Assembly: GCA_030038835.1 (NCBI GenBank)
Contig: JASHQZ010000167.1
Location: 1 to 56,755, forward strand
Source of the DNA: a candidate division FCPU426 bacterium
GTDB taxonomy: Bacteria; Oederibacteriota; Muellerivitia; Muellerivitales; Muellerivitaceae
DNA: 56,755 nucleotides
Direction: 5' to 3'
The position numbers and the translations under genes were made by a program. The notes below the pieces were generated by a model, which made no database searches, was not told the DNA's origin, and saw only the letters and a program-made list of their open reading frames with translations. Positions within the stretch are counted from its first letter, which is position 1; the number at the start of each line of letters is the position of its first letter. Below are positions 18,016-25,814 of the stretch, piece after piece.

Positions 18016-18798
18016 TTATTCTCCCGATTTTGAATCGCCACGAATGATTTGAATCCCATGCCGGATGGAGGGGACGATATGACCCAATTGGGAAAGCATG
18101 TCTGATTCGCTTTGAGAGGGGATGGAAGCAATTGCATCGTCGTTGGGACCCCTCAAGACCAGTCGGAGGGGACGCCCCTCCAGGCACATTAAAGTTTCAG
18201 CTTCCTCCGGAGTGACGGCAAGGGTGACGGTGCTGTACCCTGTGGTGTCGTCGGTTGTGGCCGCGGAAGCGTCGGGGGTGTTGCCGGATTTCCAATCGAG
18301 CCTTTGGCCCACCGCTAGGACCTGGACGTCTTGGAACACGAAGGAAGTCACCGAACGCTTATCGGATTCGATCCTCGTTAGGATGTCCACGCGGTTGCCC
18401 GGGCGAAGCAGGCTCCCAACCCCGTTCGTCTCATCCACCGCCAGCGTGTAGGCGCGGTAACCCGGGATTAAGGCTAGGGCCAACGTTTCCTCCCCCACGC
18501 CGAATTTATTGGAGAGCACCTGCTCACCCGCCGAAATGGGGACAAGAGCCATCAGGCCGTCTACTTCTTTAAGGTCCCGGATGGCGCTAGGGCTGACATA
18601 GGATTCAGGGATCGACTTTTTTTCGACCATGTCGGCTCTCAAAAAGACGCCCGCTGGGATGTAATCCGAAGCCACCAAAACCTGGACCGGCGTTGCCTTT
18701 TTTTCGACTTCGGACGCGTTTTGATAAAGGAGGTAGAAGGCTAGTCCTCCCGCCAGAATGCCAGTGGCCAGCGCAATGGCCGAATTGCGGTTTTTCAT
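18016..18798 (-). CDS. cpaB: Flp pilus assembly protein CpaB/RcpC
   Basis: N-terminal TM, then a SAF-like segment (VQVLVASDYIPAGVFL), 260 aa, in the position typical of CpaB. Confidence 0.8.
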   Translation of the reverse strand: MKNRNSAIALATGILAGGLAFYLLYQNASEVEKKATPVQVLVASDYIPAGVFLRADMVEKKSIPESYVSPSAIRDLKEVDGLMALVPISAGEQVLSNKFGVGEETLALALIPGYRAYTLAVDETNGVGSLLRPGNRVDILTRIESDKRSVTSFVFQDVQVLAVGQRLDWKSGNTPDASAATTDDTTGYSTVTLAVTPEEAETLMCLEGRPLRLVLRGPNDDAIASIPSQSESDMLSQLGHIVPSIRHGIQIIRGDSKSGE

Positions 18799-18856
18799 GA
18801 TTCTCCAAAAAAATCAGCAGCTTTAAAAACGCACTAAAAATACAACAAATATTAAA

Positions 18857-19582
18857 CTAAACCTTGTCGAGTTTCATCACCGAAATTAAAATTTTTTTAG
18901 GACCTGTTTCGACAACCGCCAGGAGCCGAAGGATACCCCGGTGGAGGAAATAAACGGATTCTCCATTCTGCTCGGACCAAAGCCGTCCGCTAAAACCCTG
19001 GGAGGCATAGGTCTGCGTAAATTGAAGTGGCGGATTTTTGGAAGGCCGCAAGGACCACCCACAGATTTCAATTTTCCCGGATTTAACATCCATGATTTCT
19101 GAAGCGAGGGCAGGCGGTTTTAAGGGAAAGTCCATCTCCGAAGGTTTCGGGCTTTTAAAGGCTTCTTGCGGTATCTCCGCAACCCATTCATAAGTTTGGT
19201 TGTCGTTGAAATCACCCAGAAGGCCCAATAAGCGGCAAAAACCGCCTTTTTGGAATAATCGTAATTGGGCCAGCGAGTCCATACCCGACTGATTTTCTTT
19301 GGGCAATTTCAACATGACAGGAGCCAAGTTGAGCGTTCCAGTGGTGCATTCCCATCCCTCGGACTGCCACTGCTGGGTGATGGCTTTCAAGGATTCCCGT
19401 AAAGGAGACGTGCAAACCAGGATTTGGTTAACCTCGGTCGCCCCGTTGATTTTATTCGAAAAATCTGAAATTTTTTGGGTACTTATATGAAAAGGTGAAA
19501 AGATCAGGGCCCAGGCACCTACGGTGGCAATAAAACACCAACCACAAAAGGTTATCCAAAACCACTTATATCGGTTAAACAT
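18857..19582 (-). CDS. Hypothetical single-pass membrane protein in the Tad locus
   Basis: N-terminal TM (WFWITFCGWCFIATVGAWALIF). No recognisable domain. Confidence 0.5.
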   Translation of the reverse strand: MFNRYKWFWITFCGWCFIATVGAWALIFSPFHISTQKISDFSNKINGATEVNQILVCTSPLRESLKAITQQWQSEGWECTTGTLNLAPVMLKLPKENQSGMDSLAQLRLFQKGGFCRLLGLLGDFNDNQTYEWVAEIPQEAFKSPKPSEMDFPLKPPALASEIMDVKSGKIEICGWSLRPSKNPPLQFTQTYASQGFSGRLWSEQNGESVYFLHRGILRLLAVVETGPKKILISVMKLDKV

Positions 19583-19588
19583 GACGCC

Positions 19589-20056
19589 TCATTGGGGATA
19601 CCGGTAGACCTGCAGGACGGTATGAAAAGGAATTCCGCGGGGAAACAGCGGTCCAAAACAGAAGGGAGGGCGGGCATTGATACCAATCGCCCATTCGGAG
19701 CCGTCATATTTTATTGCAAAGGGAATTAAAAAGATGGTTTTTCTGACCTTGTCAAGAGCCTCGGCCGCAGTATTCCCCGGTTCTTGGATTTTGACGCTTA
19801 AAGAAGCCAAGTCGAAATACCGGCCAAGATAACCAAGATTTTTCCTGATGGCCGGGCCGAGCGAGTCTTTTTCGACAATGTGAGCTGAGTATTGGCGTGC
19901 CGCCTCGCCACAGGCGTGTTCGAATTGGACACAACACAAAAATAGGACCGCGAATTGAGCTATCCCTGCTATAAACAAAAATAATACGGGAATAGCCAAA
20001 ACCATTTCGACGAGGGCCTGTCCAAGGTAGTTTTTCTTGAATGAATTCATTTTCAT
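19589..20056 (-). CDS. TadE-like pseudopilin
   Basis: N-terminus LGQALVEMVLAIPVLFLFIAG matches the TadE-type motif G-x-x-x-V-E-hydrophobic. Confidence 0.7.
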   Translation of the reverse strand: MKMNSFKKNYLGQALVEMVLAIPVLFLFIAGIAQFAVLFLCCVQFEHACGEAARQYSAHIVEKDSLGPAIRKNLGYLGRYFDLASLSVKIQEPGNTAAEALDKVRKTIFLIPFAIKYDGSEWAIGINARPPFCFGPLFPRGIPFHTVLQVYRYPQ

Positions 20057-21189
20057 ATGCCGTTCAAGAGGTCAGAGCTTTTGAGGATGTTATTGAGGAA
20101 AGGGATGCCTCGGAGTTTCCTGAGTGAATTCCGCAATACAGGGAAAGAGTCCAAATTGGTTTTGACGAGGTAAATTTGGAACGGCTTTTCTACATCCCAA
20201 GCGGCGATGCCCATGCTTTCCAAGCGAACCTCGCCCACTTCATAGAAGGCTTTGTTGTCGTTTCCTAATTTCATTTCCATGGCTCCAAGCAGCGAAAAGG
20301 TATGGCAGGGGGGGTCATCCCGGTCGGTGATGTCCAGCTTGAATTGGTGCAAATAGTTCTTTAAAAGGCCAATCTTTGAAATCGCGGAAAAAGGATTGTG
20401 GCTCGACAGATCATTTCCTTCCTTATCTTCATCTTCTTCGGATCCTTTTTCCCGCCGAACCCACCAACCGGCGTATTCGGAGTCAAAGGTCTTTTTGACC
20501 CTCATTTGTTCCGGGTGACGGGGGTTTTTGGCGGGCTCGACTTGGTCGGTCTCGAAATAATGCCTGACCCCGTTGTGGGCTAAGGAATAGGGCGCCTGGT
20601 TAACATTGGGCAAAAATTCATCCGCATAACGAAAACGTAACGCCATGTTGGGAACGACGACATCCGCATTGTCCGCGGTTTCATAGTTATAGGCATAAAA
20701 AGGCTGGAGCGCAGAGAGGCCGTTCTCACTAGAAGTTGCCATGGCTTGCCCTTCAATTAACGCCGGATAAAGGCCCGCTCCTTCAGGGGTACCCACTCCA
20801 AAAATCTTGGCGGCAATATCTTGGGCGGGCTTCCGGGTATCCGGATCGGCTTCTTCCGCCACTAAAGCAATGGCGGTTATATCCAAGGGGGGAGGCTCCA
20901 GGAGGGCATCGGAAATAGTTTTCCCCACAACCCACGCGTCCCAAGCCGCGAATCCCATAATGACGCCATTGGCTTCCCGGACTAGTTGGAGGCCATTAGC
21001 ATAGACGGCGCCCCCGGTTAGGGCGGTTAGATTCACCGCTCGACGGGTACGCTCTTTCACAATGTATGCGGTTCCGGCCTTATAGAGACCCATAAAAAGG
21101 GCAAGAAAAACGAAACAAAAGAGGAGGGTGGCCAACAGAACTTGGCCAAGGGGTTTATGGCTGAAGTCTCGGAGGTGTTTTAGCGCCAT
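20053..21189 (-). CDS. TadG-like pilus assembly protein
   Basis: N-terminal hydrophobic segment PLGQVLLATLLFCFVFLALF, 378 aa. 4-nt and 1-nt overlaps with the flanking tadE-like genes. Confidence 0.55.
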   Translation of the reverse strand: MALKHLRDFSHKPLGQVLLATLLFCFVFLALFMGLYKAGTAYIVKERTRRAVNLTALTGGAVYANGLQLVREANGVIMGFAAWDAWVVGKTISDALLEPPPLDITAIALVAEEADPDTRKPAQDIAAKIFGVGTPEGAGLYPALIEGQAMATSSENGLSALQPFYAYNYETADNADVVVPNMALRFRYADEFLPNVNQAPYSLAHNGVRHYFETDQVEPAKNPRHPEQMRVKKTFDSEYAGWWVRREKGSEEDEDKEGNDLSSHNPFSAISKIGLLKNYLHQFKLDITDRDDPPCHTFSLLGAMEMKLGNDNKAFYEVGEVRLESMGIAAWDVEKPFQIYLVKTNLDSFPVLRNSLRKLRGIPFLNNILKSSDLLNGI

Positions 21190-21722
21190 TAACGACCATA
21201 AGCCTCATTAAAAGTGGTGGCTTCAAAATGTATCCAATAGACAGGGAGGCGGACCCCATTGAAAGACAAGTCAGGTACCGGCATTCTCAACATGCTGAAA
21301 ATGTCTTTGATGGCTTGACCAGCCGGGGAATTGTTGTAATTGACGGACGAGATTAAGGTTTCGCCAAAAACTTTGCCGACCAATGGAATCCAGATGGGCA
21401 TGGGATAGCGGACTTGGACATTAATTTTCTGCTTGTTGGTGGACTCATTAACTTTGCAATCGCTGGCCAAAATAGTCAAAAGCGCTTTTTGATTCAGATT
21501 GGAAATGGGCAGGAGCGAGATGGCAAGTTGGGTTTTGAAAACAGTTGAATTACCGATTCCGCCCAAGGAAGCCATCCGGGCTACAGCCAAGGCTGCTCTT
21601 TGGACGGCGAAAGATGCATAGGCCGTGTAGGAAAGCTGGGCCACGGTGAAGAAAATTAGAAAAAGCAAAGGGGCAACCAAAAGGAATTCAACGGCCGATT
21701 GCCCTTTCGCTTTAAGGTTCAT
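21189..21722 (-). CDS. TadE-like pseudopilin
   Basis: N-terminus KGQSAVEFLLVAPLLFLIFF. Confidence 0.7.
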   Translation of the reverse strand: MNLKAKGQSAVEFLLVAPLLFLIFFTVAQLSYTAYASFAVQRAALAVARMASLGGIGNSTVFKTQLAISLLPISNLNQKALLTILASDCKVNESTNKQKINVQVRYPMPIWIPLVGKVFGETLISSVNYNNSPAGQAIKDIFSMLRMPVPDLSFNGVRLPVYWIHFEATTFNEAYGR

Positions 21723-21736
21723 TTCAAGGGAGATGG

Positions 21737-21913
21737 CTAGTTGCCCGTGCCAGCGTGATCCACCACGCCACCGACGCCCTTGGCGGCATTGTTAAAACCC
21801 ATATTTACGTTTTTGCCCAGCAATTTGACCGCGGCCAAAACGGTTATCGCGATAAGGGCCACGATCAAGATGTATTCGGTCATTCCCTGGCCCTTTTGAT
21901 TTAACTTTTTCAT
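21737..21913 (-). CDS. flp: Flp-family prepilin (58 aa), not in the ORF track
   Basis: My own translation is MKKLNQKGQGMTEYILIVALIAITVLAAVKLLGKNVNMGFNNAAKGVGGVVDHAGTGN. It has the Flp processing motif G/xxxxEY followed by a hydrophobic helix, and a GGAGG SD upstream. Confidence 0.8.
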   Translation of the reverse strand: MKKLNQKGQGMTEYILIVALIAITVLAAVKLLGKNVNMGFNNAAKGVGGVVDHAGTGN

Positions 21914-21934
21914 CCGACACCTCCTTCATTCAAA

Positions 21935-22108
21935 TTAAAATGGAAGCACGACCACCTCAACCAATAGGGATAGATAGTGGTTCACCTGGGTCGAGAACAA
22001 AACTGACACGCCGGCCAAGGCGAGGAAAACCACCGTTAATATTAGAAGGTACTCGGCCGCCGCTTGTCCTGAAGGATCGATCTTTGGCCGATGTTGAGGA
22101 TAAAACAT
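21935..22108 (-). CDS. flp: Second Flp-family prepilin (57 aa), not in the ORF track
   Basis: My own translation is MFYPQHRPKIDPSGQAAAEYLLILTVVFLALAGVSVLFSTQVNHYLSLLVEVVVLPF. It has G/QAAAEY followed by a hydrophobic helix. The SD is weak. Confidence 0.7.
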   Translation of the reverse strand: MFYPQHRPKIDPSGQAAAEYLLILTVVFLALAGVSVLFSTQVNHYLSLLVEVVVLPF

Positions 22109-22393
22109 GGGCATAACCTTATATCAGAAATTTTGTGCAATCAATTGAAAAGACAAAAATTTTCAGATTTTTCATTCTTGAAACCAGAACTTTTAAAATG
22201 CGCGCTGAATTTTTTGTCACCTGTTGGGACATCAAGAGTGTTAGAAGGCCGTTCCGAGGTTCATGGGCTATTCGCGGTTCCTTAAATACCCGGATGGCTG
22301 AGAATGATTTCAGCCGCTGAAAATAACTTTAGGAATTCGCTAAAAGACCGTTAGAATCGATGTGGGAAAACGTGAAATTCTGAGTAAAAGCTC

Positions 22394-22421
22394 TTGCAAC
22401 GTGAAAACACCGTGGTATAGT
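22394..22421 (+). promoter_or_regulatory. Possible sigma70-type promoter for the zinc-ribbon gene
   Basis: TTGCAA (22394-22399), a 16-nt spacer, then TATAGT (22416-22421). Confidence 0.35.
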
Positions 22422-22457
22422 TACCCCCATTTCTTCTCCAACGGGAGATAGGCAGCC

Positions 22458-22925
22458 ATGAAATGCACCCAATGCGGCACTAAAAACGATCCTCAAAGCA
22501 AGTTTTGCAAGGAATGCGGAGCCGATTTACAAGGCAAACCCAAACCGCCTGCGGTGACCGCGATTTCAGAGTTGTATGGAAAAGAAGTCGAGGTTCTTTT
22601 TTTCATTGAGGGTTTCTCGGGCAAGATCACGGGCATCGTCAATCCATCCGAAGACCAAATTGGCCGCTACCGGGAAGGCATACTCCAGCGAGTCGTTATT
22701 GACACTCCTTCTGAATCCGGGACGGACGAGAATATCGGGGCGGTCTTGACTTTTATCCGCCAGAGCAAGGAATACCTGGGCGAAAAATACAACGAGAGCG
22801 ATTACCGTAACTCCAGCACGGCTGACCTGAAGAAGGAATACCTGAAGCTCTTCGAACGTATCCTGAAGGAAAAGTCGCGCAAAGGCGATTCCAAACCCAT
22901 GCCCACCGGAATAGAAAAGAAATAG
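22458..22925 (+). CDS. Zinc-ribbon domain protein, function unknown
   Basis: N-terminus [24 protein letters not shown] (CxxC...CxxC). The rest is unrecognised. Confidence 0.6.
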   Translation: MKCTQCGTKNDPQSKFCKECGADLQGKPKPPAVTAISELYGKEVEVLFFIEGFSGKITGIVNPSEDQIGRYREGILQRVVIDTPSESGTDENIGAVLTFIRQSKEYLGEKYNESDYRNSSTADLKKEYLKLFERILKEKSRKGDSKPMPTGIEKK

Positions 22926-23064
22926 TGACTTTCAAACCTTTTCCCATCCGCGAACCCCTTTTTCCGACCAGTTCCCTTTGGGTTCCGGAAAAGCATTGGA
23001 CTCCCCAAATCTCTGTGTTACACTACACCCCCTGATTTCAAGGATTTCCGCGCTTTTCATAACT

Positions 23065-23095
23065 CCCCGGTTTTTCAGCCGGGGTTCTTTTTTTT
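23065..23095 (+). terminator. Putative intrinsic terminator
   Basis: CCCCGG/CCGGGG stem with an 8-nt loop, followed by TTCTTTTTTTT. Confidence 0.5.
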
Positions 23096-23193
23096 GCCCT
23101 GCAAAAACTGAGGACGACGGGGTCGCGGATCCGCCCGGAGTTCGCCGACTTCAATTAAGCGTGGGTCCCTGTGGCCCGCTAAAGGAGCTAGGA

Positions 23194-24234
23194 TTGTTAA
23201 ACTTTCTTTTAGGCCTGTTTTCGAGTGATGTGGCCATTGACCTTGGGACGGCTACTACTCTGGTTTACGTCAAGGGCCGGGGTATCGTCCTTCAGGAACC
23301 TTCCTTGGTGGTGGTGCATAAGAGTACCAATCAAATACTGGCCGTCGGCAACGACGCCAAATTGATGCTGGGCCGGACCCCGGGCTCCATCGTCTCCATC
23401 CGCCCGATGAAGGACGGCGTGATCGCCGATTTCGAGGTGACCGAACGCATGCTGCGGTATTTCATTTCCAAGGTTCACAACCGGCGTTCTCTCATCCGCC
23501 CCCGCATCGTGGTCGCCATCCCCTCGGGGTGCACCGAGGTGGAAAAACGCGCGGTGCGCGATTCGGCGGAACAGGCGGGCGCTCGGGAAGTCTACCTCGT
23601 GGAGGAACCCATGGCGGCGGCCATTGGCGCGGGTATGCCCATTGCAGAGCCCCAGGGCAATATGATCGTGGATATCGGCGGTGGAACGACCGAGGTGGCG
23701 GTGATTTCGCTGGGCGACATCGTTTACGGCAAATCCATCCGCGTGGCGGGAGACGAACTAGATGAGGCCATCATCAACTATATCAAGCGCACTTACAATA
23801 TCCTGGTGGGCGAAAGGACCGCGGAGGATATCAAGATCCAGATCGGATCAGCCTTCCCCCTGGAGCAGGAGTTGCGCATGCAGATCAAGGGGCGGGACCT
23901 GGTGACCGGGCTGCCCAAGACCATCGAACTCACCAGCGAGGAAGTGCGCGGCGCCTTGGAGGAGCCCTTGGTCCCCATCATCGAAACCATCAAGATGACG
24001 CTGGAACGCACTCCGCCCGAACTGGCGGCGGACATCGTGGACCGGGGCATTATCCTGGCCGGCGGGTCTTCTCTCTTGAAAAATCTGGATGAGCGGCTGC
24101 GGGACGAAACAGGCGTTCCGGTGAACTTGGCGGACGATCCCACCACGGCGGTCGCCATGGGCGCGGGGCATTTGCTGGACCGCTCCATGGACTTCCTCAA
24201 GCGAATTTCCGTCCTTGAGAAAGAATACGTTTAA
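23194..24234 (+). CDS. mreB: Rod shape-determining protein MreB
   Basis: TTG 23194 is 6 nt after AAGGAG and gives (M)[24 protein letters not shown], the canonical MreB N-terminus. Actin-fold motifs run throughout. The ORF-track start at 22978 adds 72 non-homologous residues. Confidence 0.93.
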   Translation: MLNFLLGLFSSDVAIDLGTATTLVYVKGRGIVLQEPSLVVVHKSTNQILAVGNDAKLMLGRTPGSIVSIRPMKDGVIADFEVTERMLRYFISKVHNRRSLIRPRIVVAIPSGCTEVEKRAVRDSAEQAGAREVYLVEEPMAAAIGAGMPIAEPQGNMIVDIGGGTTEVAVISLGDIVYGKSIRVAGDELDEAIINYIKRTYNILVGERTAEDIKIQIGSAFPLEQELRMQIKGRDLVTGLPKTIELTSEEVRGALEEPLVPIIETIKMTLERTPPELAADIVDRGIILAGGSSLLKNLDERLRDETGVPVNLADDPTTAVAMGAGHLLDRSMDFLKRISVLEKEYV

Positions 24235-24341
24235 AGGCAGCCATCAGCTCTCAATCGTCACTCCTCAGCAAAGGCTCAAAACCCACGGCCGGCTTTTTGC
24301 TGCCGATTGCCGACTGCGACTGCGGACTGATTTAGGTCTTC

Positions 24342-25172
24342 ATGCTGAAATTTTTCCTTAAGAATCTTTCCAAGTTTTTCCTGTCCGCCCTCCTTGTGCT
24401 GTGCGTTTGGCTCCTGGTGCAGCGCAACGGCCATCACGACGAGTCGGGAACCGGAGTCAAAGAATTATCCCTTTCAGTTTGGCTTCCGGTTCAAAAATCC
24501 GTCGCCTGGCTTATCGCCTTTCCCGAGAATACCCTGAACGCCCTGCGCGAATTGAGGACCCTGCACCAGGAAGTGGAACGGCTGCAGTTGGAAAACCAGT
24601 CCTTGCGGCTCGAATTAGCCAATCACAAATCGGTGGAATCCGAATTATCCCGGCTCCAGGAGGTTTTGCAGATCAAAGCGCACCTGCCCCATACCGCCAA
24701 GATCGCCCGCATCATCGCCCACGACCCTAGTACCTGGGACAGTAGCTTTGTCGTGGACCTGGGATCGGACGACGGCGTACAGGTGGATTCACCCGTCATT
24801 TCCGAGCAGGGGTTGGTGGGACGGGTTTTGGAAGTCACCTCGAAGAACTCAAGGGTGCTTTTATTGACGGACAGCGGCTCCAGTGTTGCCGGCATCGACC
24901 AGAGGTCCAATGTAACCGGTATTGTGCAAGGAACGGGGCGCAATCAACTCCGGTACGCTTACGTCAGCCCGAACGAGGACATTCAAAAGGACGACGTTTT
25001 GGTTTCCTCGGGGATGGGGGGGATTTTCCCCAAGGGTTATGCCATCGGCACGGTGGTGAAGAGGACCGAATCCGAAAACGGTCTGAATACCGAAATCCAG
25101 GTGGCGCCCTCGGTTGATTTTGCCGCCCTGGACTACATTTTTATTCTTCCGCCGGTGGATGTGTACCAATGA
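24342..25172 (+). CDS. mreC: Rod shape-determining protein MreC
   Basis: TM, coiled coil (LENQSLRLELANHK), and a beta-barrel domain (VISEQGLVGRVLEV...GMGGIFPKGYAIG). Confidence 0.85.
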   Translation: MLKFFLKNLSKFFLSALLVLCVWLLVQRNGHHDESGTGVKELSLSVWLPVQKSVAWLIAFPENTLNALRELRTLHQEVERLQLENQSLRLELANHKSVESELSRLQEVLQIKAHLPHTAKIARIIAHDPSTWDSSFVVDLGSDDGVQVDSPVISEQGLVGRVLEVTSKNSRVLLLTDSGSSVAGIDQRSNVTGIVQGTGRNQLRYAYVSPNEDIQKDDVLVSSGMGGIFPKGYAIGTVVKRTESENGLNTEIQVAPSVDFAALDYIFILPPVDVYQ

Positions 25173-25651
25173 AGATCCCCATTCAAGCCGTTTGGCTATT
25201 GGCGCTTTTTTTCGTCCAACAACTGCCGGGTGTGGCCGCCTGGGGCGTGGACTTGCCGCTTGTTTTCACCGTATTGGTGGGGTTAAGGACCGATATACCC
25301 AAGGCAGCCGGATGGGGCTTTTTGGCGGGCCTGCTGCAAGACCTCCTCTCCTCCAGTTGGATCGGGCCCAATACCATCGCCAAAACATTGACGGGAATCA
25401 CGGCCTGCCTTTTAAAAAGGCATATTTACCACGAAAGGGTCCTAACGCAGACGCTTCTGGTGTTTGCAGCGGCCCTTTTCCATCAACTGTTAATTTGGAT
25501 ATTGCTGAAATGGGACGGTTCGGCCCCACCGGCGGGAGACGCTTGGGGAATTGTTTGGAGGTCCCTTGGGATGACCACCCTGGCCGCTTCTGCGGTTTGT
25601 TTTTTTGTGGTGCGGTTCCGCAAGAGGCGGTTTGATCCCGCGACTGCCTAA
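25169..25651 (+). CDS. mreD: Rod shape-determining protein MreD
   Basis: Polytopic membrane protein of 160 aa. ATGA overlap with mreC. Canonical position. Confidence 0.75.
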   Translation: MKIPIQAVWLLALFFVQQLPGVAAWGVDLPLVFTVLVGLRTDIPKAAGWGFLAGLLQDLLSSSWIGPNTIAKTLTGITACLLKRHIYHERVLTQTLLVFAAALFHQLLIWILLKWDGSAPPAGDAWGIVWRSLGMTTLAASAVCFFVVRFRKRRFDPATA

Positions 25652-25720
25652 AAGCATTTAGGATCTTTTTGGTGGAGATCTACGAAGACGAGGCTTCGCT
25701 TGCCAAGCCTTATGTCTGGG

Positions 25721-25760
25721 CCGCCTTTCATCCCCGGGGTTGACTGGGGATGAAAGGCGG
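25721..25760 (+). other. Perfect 15-bp hairpin between mreD and mrdA (attenuator, RNA stabiliser or processing site)
   Basis: CCGCCTTTCATCCCC (25721-25735) pairs with GGGGATGAAAGGCGG (25746-25760), with a 10-nt loop. The downstream T-tract is weak (TGTCTTT). Confidence 0.5.
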
Positions 25761-25814
25761 TGTCTTTAAACTCCTCATTTCTAACTTCTAATTGATTTTT
25801 GAAGGAGCGGTAAG

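Noticed and set aside
22978-23193. A 72-codon 5' extension of the mreB ORF in the track.
   Set aside because: The extension has no MreB homology and contains a terminator-like hairpin (23065-23095). A TTG with a good AAGGAG SD at 23194 gives the canonical MreB N-terminus.
24311-24329. A short tandem pattern, CGACTGCGACTGCGGACTG, in the mreB-mreC spacer, checked as a possible repeat array.
   Set aside because: There are only about 2.5 imperfect 6-nt units. No spacer-repeat architecture exists here, and nothing CRISPR-like occurs anywhere in the window.
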